Part shown: positions 8,762-16,227 of the stretch, one piece after another
Layout: each line of letters opens with the position of its first letter
Numbering within the stretch: position 1 is the first letter of the stretch
Virus record (IMG/VR): IMGVR_UViG_3300021256_000008
Coordinates: 1 to 64,000 of that record
Length of the DNA stretch: 64,000 bases
Origin: a virus
Lineage: Duplodnaviria > Caudoviricetes
Reading direction: 5' to 3' (one strand)
Position numbers and translations under genes: made by a program
The notes under the pieces: model-generated
The model's database searches: none
What the model saw: only the letters and a program-made list of their open reading frames with translations
Told to the model about the DNA's origin: nothing

Positions 8762-9052
8762 TTAATATTGATCATTCTTTTTCAAATGAGGTTCAAGTTC
8801 TTTTTCGAAATCCAGCATCTCATTAACGATTTTGCTGTAACCGAGTTGGACCATTGCGCGATAAAATCAATACATTTCATCATCGCGTAAGCTATGTCCC
8901 TCTGTTTTGACCATTGCTTTGACATATTTGCAAATGATCATTACGGGAAACACTTTCGCGGTCATGACGTTCTGCATTAATTTATGCACCTTACTTTTCT
9001 TTCCGTACCAGTTACACATATACTTGCTGTAAAATATTTCTTGAATAGTCAT
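8762..9052 (-). pseudogene. 96-codon gene interrupted by one in-frame TGA at 8867-8869
   Basis: Frame continues ...EMY*FYRAMVQLGYSKIVNEMLDFEKELEPHLKKNDQY to TAA 8762, abutting the terminator. Confidence 0.6.
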
Positions 9053-9149
9053 AATTTGTACCTCCTTATAATGTTAATCTCATTATAGGAGCAGTAAAAA
9101 ATACGAAAAAAAGTAGCCTCTGTAAAGACTACTTTTCTGGATGTTCCAG

Positions 9150-9350
9150 TTACTTCGAACACATACTGTCAATCACGTTCTCAAATGATTCGCAGCACTC
9201 AATCTTTTCAGTGCCGCCGCAATGATTATCCACGGTGATAGTAACATGCCAGTACGGGCATTCTGTTTCCTCCACCATGAAAATATCCTCGACACGCACT
9301 GCAAATTTCGGTGTTCCGCGCTCAATTTTCTTAAGCTGAATAATTTTCAT
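9150..9350 (-). CDS. Small hypothetical protein
   Basis: AGGAG RBS; promoter motif 9385-9411. Confidence 0.75.
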   Translation of the reverse strand: MKIIQLKKIERGTPKFAVRVEDIFMVEETECPYWHVTITVDNHCGGTEKIECCESFENVIDSMCSK

Positions 9351-9428
9351 TTTGATGTTCTCCTTTCGTATTTCTGGATTTCTCCATTATTGCAGTTGTG
9401 AATATTACGAAAAAAAAAAGAGCCGCTG

Positions 9429-9665
9429 TTAAGCAAGCTCTTCCTCGCGGATAAACATCAAAAACTGCTGTTTCTTCCCAAGCAACTTATCCTTGTCGTC
9501 GTAGGGGCCGATGCACAGGAAGCTGGTGCGCGTGAGACTGTCATCTTTTCTGGCGTTCGGAAAGTCTTTTCTGATAGACTTTTCGGCAGCTTTCATTGAC
9601 TGATGAACTGACACATAAGCCTCTTCCTGCAGCGGGAGCGCCTTCGTTACAACATAAACTTTCAT
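9429..9665 (-). CDS. Small protein, paralog family C
   Basis: AGGAGG RBS before ATG 9665; promoter motif 9699-9725. Confidence 0.75.
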   Translation of the reverse strand: MKVYVVTKALPLQEEAYVSVHQSMKAAEKSIRKDFPNARKDDSLTRTSFLCIGPYDDKDKLLGKKQQFLMFIREEELA

Positions 9666-9816
9666 TGTTGGTCCTCCTTTAGTTTTATTATTTATCTGCA
9701 TTATAGTATCTGTAAAATTTACGAAAAAGTTGCCGACTGGAGCGATTCTGTGAGATTCCAGCAACCTTTCGGTCATTTAGGATTCTCCCATTGGCTCCAG
9801 CCGGCATTATTTTACG

Positions 9817-10068
9817 CTATTTTACTTCCATTTCCTTGACAAAGTAATAAGAACTCAAAAATTTATAACCCATATCACCGTCACGATATTCGATAGTCGG
9901 AGTTACATCATATTCTTTCGCATCTTCATCGGCGAGTTCTTTTACCCATCCATCGGCTTTTTCTTTCGAATCGAAGACCGCTTGAATAATATAACTCATA
10001 TCGCAGCAGGATGTGTATTCTTCTATAACGATCCAAACTGTTTTAGTTTTTTCCATTTTGATTTTCAT
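9817..10068 (-). CDS. Small acidic protein, paralog family C
   Basis: VWIVIEE...QAVFDSKEKA; start may be 10056. Confidence 0.75.
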   Translation of the reverse strand: MKIKMEKTKTVWIVIEEYTSCCDMSYIIQAVFDSKEKADGWVKELADEDAKEYDVTPTIEYRDGDMGYKFLSSYYFVKEMEVK

Positions 10069-10080
10069 TCCCTTCTATTT

Positions 10081-10540
10081 TTAACTAAACAGATCACCTC
10101 TTTCCTCTCTCAGACTGAGGTAATCTGTCGGGGTAATAATAAAGTGATCTAGGACTTTTATTCCTAACATTTTGCCGGCACTGACTAATTGTTCTGTAGC
10201 ATTTAAATCTTCAAATGAGGGCCTTGGAGTTCCTCCAGGATGATTATGACATAGAATGATCGAACTTGCATTCTGCAAAAGTGCTACTTTAAATACGCCA
10301 TCTATAGCAAAATGTACAGAACAAACTGAACCGATTCCGGCGATATGGTAGCTGATTGGGCGTCCTTGCGCATCCATGTTAACCGAAACGAAATACTCCC
10401 GATCGGCGTCAGCGAATTGTTGTTGCAATAGTCTTGCTGCATCCCAGGTATTTCGTATTGGTGTGGCTGACACGATGGACTGTATTTCTTGAAGGTACAT
10501 TCGAACGTGCACCTGGGGAATTGTATAAGCGTCTAGGCAT
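10081..10540 (-). CDS. RadC-like JAB/MPN domain protein; RBS-led ATG (10540) is one base out of frame with the body (10081..10512)
   Basis: REYF...IILCHNHPGG..PS.ED...VLDHFII JAB motif; GAAAGGAG RBS at 10542-10549. Confidence 0.85.
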
Positions 10541-10640
10541 TTCTCCTTTCATTTTGAATTTAAACCATATAAATCATCTCCGCTCACCTTCCATATATAA
10601 ATAAAGCCCTCCCGCGGTCGACTTCACGAGAGAGCTTTAA

Positions 10641-10694
10641 CTACATTATAGGACTTAGTTTATCAGCACTTGTGTTTTGAACATATCCATACAT
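10641..10694 (-). CDS. 17-aa mini-ORF MYGYVQNTSADKLSPIM
   Basis: GAGGTG RBS within a 25-bp repeat; terminator follows. Confidence 0.35.
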   Translation of the reverse strand: MYGYVQNTSADKLSPIM

Positions 10695-10699
10695 TTACA

Positions 10700-10824
10700 C
10701 ATCACCTCGCTTTCCAAGAGATTTTACTACATATAATCCGGATTAGTTCTCCAGCCACCGCATCCATCAGGAACTATGCTGTAGTGTTCTTTCATTTGGC
10801 ATCACCTCGCTTTCCAAGAGATTT
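10700..10824. repeat. Exact 25-bp direct repeat CATCACCTCGCTTTCCAAGAGATTT at 10700-10724 and 10800-10824
   Basis: Read directly. Confidence 0.9.
10727..10795 (-). CDS. 22-aa mini-ORF MKEHYSIVPDGCGGWRTNPDYM
   Basis: GAGGTG RBS; ATGA overlap with the stop of 10792..11232. Confidence 0.45.
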   Translation of the reverse strand: MKEHYSIVPDGCGGWRTNPDYM

Positions 10825-11232
10825 AATCTCGGAAAATGCTCCTTCGAGAATTTTATCAAATTCCTCTGGCGACACTTCCGTGTATTCGCTCCTAATGAAA
10901 TCAATTGGATTTTCGGCGTGGGCTGCTTCTGAATATATTTCTTGTATACCAAGTCTTCCAACATCTCCATGATCGGTCGGATCGCTATAGTAAATTAAAG
11001 CCGGCAGCCGATATTCATTAAATGATGTGTACGTTTTGTTATACTCTACAATTGGATTATCGATGATTCTAAAATAATATGCTCCGTTTTTACTTTTAAA
11101 TGACAATCCAACTAACTTGCCAAGCTTGTCTTGCAATTCTCTGATATAATCGCCACGCAGTCTCTCATATTCAAGCTTAAGATCTGTAATCTGATTGCTA
11201 ATTTCTTTCATTTTGATTTCCGTATCGCTCAT
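10792..11232 (-). CDS. Hypothetical protein with N-terminal coiled coil
   Basis: AAGGAG RBS; 146 aa. Confidence 0.75.
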   Translation of the reverse strand: MSDTEIKMKEISNQITDLKLEYERLRGDYIRELQDKLGKLVGLSFKSKNGAYYFRIIDNPIVEYNKTYTSFNEYRLPALIYYSDPTDHGDVGRLGIQEIYSEAAHAENPIDFIRSEYTEVSPEEFDKILEGAFSEIKSLGKRGDAK

Positions 11233-11249
11233 TATTTATTCTCCTTTTC

Positions 11250-11493
11250 GTGTGCATTTTCGTGTGCACTTTTTTGTCTTTTGTGTGCATTTTTAGTTTT
11301 TCAGGTAGAACGCATATTACACCTATGAAACATGAAAATGCCAGTAAACAAAAGAAAAGTCCCACAATCGTAATGACTGTGAGACTTTATAACTGGTGGA
11401 GATGAGGGGAGTTGAACCCGTAAGATTATCCCCTAACTGCATCAGTAATTACTGGCCTCCAGAAACTCTGTGTGCATTTTCGTGTGCACTTTT
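11250..11493. mobile_element. attP region: core 11394-11419 matching a tmRNA 3' end (GGGTTCAACTCCCCTCATCTCCACCA on minus), terminator 11357-11388, identical 24-bp arm-type repeats at 11250-11273 and 11470-11493
   Basis: T-arm plus CCA end without the rest of the RNA, directly downstream of the integrase; repeats GTGTGCATTTTCGTGTGCACTTTT flank the core. Confidence 0.8.
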
Positions 11494-12525
11494 AAACATT
11501 TCTTCCATTTTTTCATTAATTACATCGGAAAAGCGGTCTTCTTTATCTTTCATAATATGCTGGTAAACGTTTTTCAGCATATAATCTGTTTTATGTCCCA
11601 TGCGAGCCATTGCGTACTTATCTGGGACACCCATGCTATGTAGCTCGCTCGCTGCGAAATGCCGAAGATCATGAAATCTACAAGGTTTAACACCAACTTT
11701 TTCACAAATTCTCTGAAAGCCTTTATAGATCGCTGCTCCTGTTAATGGGCAAATATAAGCTTCTGAGTTCTCATGCGGAAGAGCGTTAATCTTTAAGAGT
11801 AAAGTCTCTGGCACTTTAATCCACCGATCTCCTGACACAGTTTTTGTTTTCTTAAGAGTTTCTCCTTCTTCACCAGTAACAATAGCTCTCTGAATATGAA
11901 TTCTATCTCCGGAAATATCACTGAATCTGAGACCTTTAATCTCGGAAAGTCTCAAGCCAAGCATGGAAGCGAGTAATATTGGTATTTCATATTTTGTACC
12001 TTTTGCCCCGTCCCAAACTTTTTTCATTTCATCTTCTGTAAATATAGAAATTACTTTCGGATCCTTCTGTGGAAGAGCTGTGATCAGATTCATTCTCGGG
12101 CGGTAGACTTTCAGTACAGCACTAAGTAGACCGTGCGCGTTTCGAATGGTTTTTGACTTAACGCCTCTTGAAAAATCATACTTCACAGCATATTGAATAT
12201 CTTCTTGTGTGAGCTCATCAAGATGAACATCCATCAAACTCTGAAATAAATTCTTTCGAATACGTTTGTAACCGAGAATTGTCGACGGCGAAAGTGTCTT
12301 TTGTTTACTGTCGATATACTGATCGATCGCCTTACCAATTGTGAACGGAGCTTTCTTTTCTTCCTCGATTCCACCTAGGATTTCACGATAACGCTTATCA
12401 GCTTTTTCTTTACATATCGTTTTACTTTCATCAGTTACAGAATATCTTTTTCCATCGATTTGAAACTGAATTCGCCAGCTTCCGGACGGGAGCTTTTTCG
12501 GGGCTGGAAGAACAAATTTAGACAA
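11449..12525 (-). CDS. int: Tyrosine recombinase/integrase
   Basis: GLRLSEIKGL (R), KTKT (K), FHDLRHFAAS (HxxR), MGH, VYQH (Y); N-terminal GSWRIQFQIDGKRYS arm-binding domain. Confidence 0.95.
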   Translation of the reverse strand: MSKFVLPAPKKLPSGSWRIQFQIDGKRYSVTDESKTICKEKADKRYREILGGIEEEKKAPFTIGKAIDQYIDSKQKTLSPSTILGYKRIRKNLFQSLMDVHLDELTQEDIQYAVKYDFSRGVKSKTIRNAHGLLSAVLKVYRPRMNLITALPQKDPKVISIFTEDEMKKVWDGAKGTKYEIPILLASMLGLRLSEIKGLRFSDISGDRIHIQRAIVTGEEGETLKKTKTVSGDRWIKVPETLLLKINALPHENSEAYICPLTGAAIYKGFQRICEKVGVKPCRFHDLRHFAASELHSMGVPDKYAMARMGHKTDYMLKNVYQHIMKDKEDRFSDVINEKMEEMFKSAHENAHRVSGGQ

Positions 12526-12544
12526 TGCACGTCACCTCTGATGA

Positions 12545-12573
12545 ATTTTACCACATCTAGAAGTAACGTGCAA
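12545..12573 (-). promoter_or_regulatory. Sigma-A-type integrase promoter TTGCAC-N17-TAAAAT with extended -10
   Basis: Read directly upstream of GAGGTG RBS and TTG start. Confidence 0.7.
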
Positions 12574-12593
12574 CGTCTAAGTTGTATGGTCGC

Positions 12594-12791
12594 TTAATTT
12601 AAGTACGAATTATCCATGCCCAAAAGCATATTCATATCAAACGGCGTCAATAGTCCTTTATCGTGCATCGCTTTTTGAAAGGCTATATAAGCCATGGCTT
12701 CACGTTCTTTTTTCGACGGCGGTTTTGGCTTTGGTGGAATTTCTCCATTTTTAGCAGCAATCGCTTTTGGATTATACTTATGCTGACCCAT
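12594..12791 (-). CDS. Small hypothetical protein
   Basis: GGAGG RBS; 65 aa. Confidence 0.7.
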   Translation of the reverse strand: MGQHKYNPKAIAAKNGEIPPKPKPPSKKEREAMAYIAFQKAMHDKGLLTPFDMNMLLGMDNSYLN

Positions 12792-12812
12792 CCTCGAACC
12801 TCCTGTTCCAAA

Positions 12813-13031
12813 TTATAATATGAATGTATAACCAACGATTTCGGCTAAACCGAATGATCCATCTGAGCACTGATGAATTACTTTAGCCGGAGTATCTGGA
12901 GGAAAACGTGACGCACCATATATAAACGGCTCAAGCTGAGTATAAACAGCAAGCGGCGTCGATTCTTTATGTTCGTCTAAGTGAAAAGTTGAATTACATA
13001 GCTGACAACGGTATGTTGAAACGTAGTTCAT
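12813..13031 (-). CDS. Small putative Zn-binding protein (CxxC...HxC)
   Basis: GGAGG RBS before ATG 13031; YRCQLC and IHQCSDG. Confidence 0.65.
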   Translation of the reverse strand: MNYVSTYRCQLCNSTFHLDEHKESTPLAVYTQLEPFIYGASRFPPDTPAKVIHQCSDGSFGLAEIVGYTFIL

Positions 13032-13044
13032 ATATATGTCCTCC

Positions 13045-13857
13045 TTATTCCGAATATCTCCACCAGGTATACGCCGGTGCTTTCGGGTCATTTGCGAGAA
13101 AGATTCCGTGTGGTGTATAAATCGTATAAACGTAATCGGTTCCAACCGGATCTGATACCTGATTCTGCTTGAGTCTCTCAGATTTCATCGCAAGATTGAA
13201 GTAATAATCCTGCACGGGATTCGTATCATATGATGCGATAAACTGTCCTTCCTGAAATGCAATTTCGTCAATTGTCATACCAGTGTACATAGAATTCTTA
13301 AGCCGGTTGTCAACGCACCGGTACAGCGTCATAAAATCGAAATCCGAATAGTTATACTTCTCGATAAAATTGCGACTACCGTATCCAAGTTTTGCTTTCA
13401 CTTGAGCATTAGCTTTCATGAGATTCTCAATAGACTTCTCTGCCGCAAGTTTATCTGCTTCCTGCTGCGCAATAAATGCCTGATATTCTGCATCTTTCTG
13501 AGCCGCAACCGAATCAGCATAGGCCTGCGCAGTGCGTCTTGTGTGAATATTGATTCCCCAAATGACGAAAGACACGCAAAGCAGAAAGATTAGGAGTGCA
13601 ATTGTCCACCGATAAAGAATCTCGAACCATGGATACTTCTGCTCCAGATCATGCTCTCTCTTGCCATTTTCTTCGAACACCTTTTTCCAGGTATTACCAT
13701 CGAACAAATAATCACAGAATCTCTTCCATTTTGATTTTTTCGTGACGCTTGGGACCGGATTAGTTTGATTATACTTACAAATGTTTTGCGTTGACTCTTC
13801 ATACGATATAATCGGAAGCTGTTTCTTCGGCATGTAAACTTTCATTGTTTCATCCAT
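13045..13857 (-). CDS. Membrane-anchored SleB/Hydrolase_2-like protein, catalytic Glu apparently replaced
   Basis: TM, coiled coil, then AKLGYGS...CVDNRL...TIDEIAFQEGQF...NPV, matching the LAxxxYxEA...VLNRV...TIxEVxxQxxQF pattern. Confidence 0.55.
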   Translation of the reverse strand: MDETMKVYMPKKQLPIISYEESTQNICKYNQTNPVPSVTKKSKWKRFCDYLFDGNTWKKVFEENGKREHDLEQKYPWFEILYRWTIALLIFLLCVSFVIWGINIHTRRTAQAYADSVAAQKDAEYQAFIAQQEADKLAAEKSIENLMKANAQVKAKLGYGSRNFIEKYNYSDFDFMTLYRCVDNRLKNSMYTGMTIDEIAFQEGQFIASYDTNPVQDYYFNLAMKSERLKQNQVSDPVGTDYVYTIYTPHGIFLANDPKAPAYTWWRYSE

Positions 13858-13860
13858 GGT

Positions 13861-14463
13861 TTATTTCTCCTTTTTATTTAGTTCATCTAATATTTTATAT
13901 ACTTTCTGAATGGATTCTTTTCTTTTACGTTTCTTATGATACTTGTAATGTTTTCTCTGTTTCGGTGTATTCCGAGGCATCTTTTTTACATCTTCTTCTG
14001 CCAATCGATAGCTCTTGTCGTGCTCCTCAATATACTGAAACACTTTTTGTAAATGCGTTGATGGAAGAAAGTCTCTCTGCTTATGAAAGGCACCACGCAT
14101 TAACTTTTTATCTGGATATGTATTGTCAAAATGTCCACTCCCTCCGTGATTCATATGAAATAAATGCCAATCCTGAGTATTTTCTCGCCAAAATATTTTC
14201 CAAAATCCCACATCAGTTCGAACACATAATGCATTATCGATACGGTCGTAAGATATATCTTTTCTGCCAGTTTTATGGAACTTGTAAACCAGCCCCTTTA
14301 TACTTCGACAAAATTTGCATCCGCAGTATCCGGTATCTTTAGCCTTCCATTCCGGCAATCGTATTTGATTTTCTTTCTTGATCTTACGAGTGTACGGGCA
14401 ATACTGGTCATGAAAAATTCTATTACCTTTAGCGCTAATGATGACCTCTGACAAATTTTTCAC
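13861..14463 (-). CDS. Hypothetical protein with N-terminal metal-binding motif (FHDQYC...GYCGCKFC, Ada-Zn-like) and basic C-terminus
   Basis: Cys/His pattern; GTG start. Confidence 0.6.
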   Translation of the reverse strand: MKNLSEVIISAKGNRIFHDQYCPYTRKIKKENQIRLPEWKAKDTGYCGCKFCRSIKGLVYKFHKTGRKDISYDRIDNALCVRTDVGFWKIFWRENTQDWHLFHMNHGGSGHFDNTYPDKKLMRGAFHKQRDFLPSTHLQKVFQYIEEHDKSYRLAEEDVKKMPRNTPKQRKHYKYHKKRKRKESIQKVYKILDELNKKEK

Positions 14464-14556
14464 CTTGCTTTCATTTTGAATAAACTTCGCGAAAATAAAA
14501 AAAAGAAAGAGGATCTGTTTAAAAGATCCTCTAAATTCCTTTCGTCTTAGCTCATA

Positions 14557-14667
14557 CTAATACAGAGCTTTACCTATATACACCCCTCCTCCTAAAGCAT
14601 TCACATTGTTTCCGTAGATCACTCCTCTCGAAAATAAAGTAATAAACTTCGCGAAGTTCTTAAACAT
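14557..14667 (-). CDS. 36-aa peptide MFKNFAKFITLFSRGVIYGNNVNALGGGVYIGKALY
   Basis: AGGAG RBS; own promoter motif 14712-14738 and terminator 14497-14522. Confidence 0.55.
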   Translation of the reverse strand: MFKNFAKFITLFSRGVIYGNNVNALGGGVYIGKALY

Positions 14668-14751
14668 AGTATTACAACTCCTTCTTAATAATCATTTTTT
14701 GCTAGTTCTCTCACTAAAGGAATTGTAATTTTTACGAATGCGGAAAATTAT

Positions 14752-14832
14752 AAAAAAAGAAAGTCATTGTAGGATTTGAACCTATATCTCCGTTTCCGGC
14801 GTGTTACCAATTAACACCAATCATTACCTCTC
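14752..14832 (-). ncRNA. tRNA-like ~80-nt RNA: D-arm and T-arm present, anticodon arm replaced by CCG-GAAA-CGG
   Basis: GTGTT-AATTGGT-AACAC, CCGGAAACGG, TAGG-TTCAAAT-CCTA; imperfect closing stem; own promoter 14836-14862 and U-tract. Confidence 0.65.
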
Positions 14833-14929
14833 TTCTATTATAGAAACTGTGATTTTTACGAATTGAAAAAAAAAGATAGGCGTTGTAAATCATGCGAAAT
14901 ACAATACCTATCTTTATTTCATTTTGATT

Positions 14930-15163
14930 TTATACGTTCTTAACAAACGTAAATGCTAACGCGCTGTCGAGCTTGCTTTTATCCGTAGAGCTCATAAGAC
15001 CATTCGCTGATGTGGTAGCTACACTATATGTCGTATCCGTGAATTTTGCATTTGCAGGAACGTCGGAATTCACGATATGTCCGTTTAAGAGGCCTCTAGC
15101 CGTAGCATCTTTAATCGTGTGCGTCGTGCCATCAAGCGTTTTAATCTTAGAGATATCAGCCAT
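14930..15163 (-). CDS. Small tail-fibre-associated protein
   Basis: MADISKIKTLDGTTHTIKDATAR N-terminus shared with 15181..16188; ATTSANGLMSSTDKSKLD fibre repeat. Confidence 0.65.
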   Translation of the reverse strand: MADISKIKTLDGTTHTIKDATARGLLNGHIVNSDVPANAKFTDTTYSVATTSANGLMSSTDKSKLDSALAFTFVKNV

Positions 15164-15180
15164 AAGCCAACACCTCCAGA

Positions 15181-16188
15181 TCAAGTAACCGTGACTGTAC
15201 CCTGCGTACCGGTAAAGTTAGGCTTGGAAACAGTCCCGCTCGGAGTGCCATTCACAGAAACGCTCCCCTGCGAACCACTGAACGATCCGGTGAGATATTT
15301 TGTTGTGGCGTTCACTGTAACGGTTCCTGATGGCGTATAGCTTGCGGATCCTTCAACTTCGGTACCGGTAAAGGTCGCCTTAAGTTCGGCCCCGGTTCCT
15401 GTAAATGCCGGCGCAGTGGCTTGATACGCAGCGTCACCGGTCTTTACGGTCGTATCGGTGCCTTTTGTCGGAAGCGTCCCCTGATCAAAGCCAATCGTAA
15501 GCGTTTCGTTCGCAACTGTAGTAGTAAGACTCGGAAGTGTTCCGACTGCTGTAATTGAATTCACCGTTGTCGTGGCTCCTGCAGTCTTTACACTAATTGT
15601 CGGTGCGGCGACAGAACCCTCGGGGGTGTAATTCGCAGTCCCAGTACCCTTGGTAATCGCAACTGTTCCGGCCGCAGTGACTTTAGGTTTAATCGTGGCC
15701 GCGGTCCCACTAAAAGACTTTGTTCCGATTTCCGAAATATAGCCAACAGCTCCGGTACTGGTAGACGCCGCCGAAGTAAGGCCAACGCTGCCGGTTGGCG
15801 TAAAGTTTCCGGTCGACGTCATCTCATTACCGCTGAAAGTGGGCTGTGAAACAGAACCGGTCGGCGTAAAAGTACCGGATGCGCTGTCTTTCCAACCGAG
15901 ATCGCCGATCAGACTTAGGTCGCCCATTTCGATCCACTTCTCACCGTCGAATACGAATTCCTTGCTGTTATAAACAACAAGATAACCTTTTACAGCGGTA
16001 ACCGTTGTGCTGTTAATAACAATCGATTTTGCAGTGGACCCATCTGTCAGTGCAGTAGATGTCTCGCCCATAAAGGTGACTCCACCGGCAATTGCAGCTT
16101 CGATCGCCGCGATATCATCTCGGGCCTTTTTATCTTTCAAATCATATGTGGTTCCGTTCAGCAGGGTAATTTTTGAAATTTCAGCCAT
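15181..16188 (-). CDS. Thr/Gly/Ser-rich tail fibre or spike-like protein
   Basis: Repeated FTPTGSV/FTGT beta motifs; end of tail module. Confidence 0.7.
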   Translation of the reverse strand: MAEISKITLLNGTTYDLKDKKARDDIAAIEAAIAGGVTFMGETSTALTDGSTAKSIVINSTTVTAVKGYLVVYNSKEFVFDGEKWIEMGDLSLIGDLGWKDSASGTFTPTGSVSQPTFSGNEMTSTGNFTPTGSVGLTSAASTSTGAVGYISEIGTKSFSGTAATIKPKVTAAGTVAITKGTGTANYTPEGSVAAPTISVKTAGATTTVNSITAVGTLPSLTTTVANETLTIGFDQGTLPTKGTDTTVKTGDAAYQATAPAFTGTGAELKATFTGTEVEGSASYTPSGTVTVNATTKYLTGSFSGSQGSVSVNGTPSGTVSKPNFTGTQGTVTVT

Positions 16189-16227
16189 GAAATATCAACT
16201 CCTGTTCATAAAAATATTCTGGAATTA

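Larger units (their letters stand above)
1920..14862 (-). promoter_or_regulatory. 22 copies of a 27-bp phage promoter motif TTCGYAAWAWTNACA-N4-CTATAATG
   Basis: Copies start (plus coordinates) at 1920, 2474, 2752, 3224, 3428, 3708, 4010, 4253, 4718, 5237, 6294, 6611, 7724, 8083, 8451, 8698, 9081, 9385, 9699, 14712, 14836, i.e. 21 listed with fixed spacing, plus one degenerate copy near 14478; most abut the U-tract of the upstream terminator. Confidence 0.9.

Noticed and set aside
8867-8869. Genome-wide stop-codon reassignment
   Set aside because: Long genes are uninterrupted under the standard code, and TGA, TAG and TAA all end genes at sensible boundaries
1920-9725. Regularly recurring motif as a CRISPR array or integron attC array
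   Set aside because: Intervals are 230-1100 bp and contain RBS-led genes; the repeats are degenerate, non-palindromic and contain a -10 box; no cas operon or integron integrase is present
11394-11419. Complete tRNA or tmRNA gene
   Set aside because: Only the 3' 26 nt are present, directly after the integrase; interpreted as attP core
14478-14655. 15-bp match AATAAACTTCGCGAA at 14478 and 14641
   Set aside because: Only two copies; one is a degenerate promoter-motif end and the other lies in a small ORF, so probably chance
14752-14832. Functional tRNA gene
   Set aside because: No 7-nt anticodon loop, weak acceptor stem and no CCA; reported as tRNA-like instead
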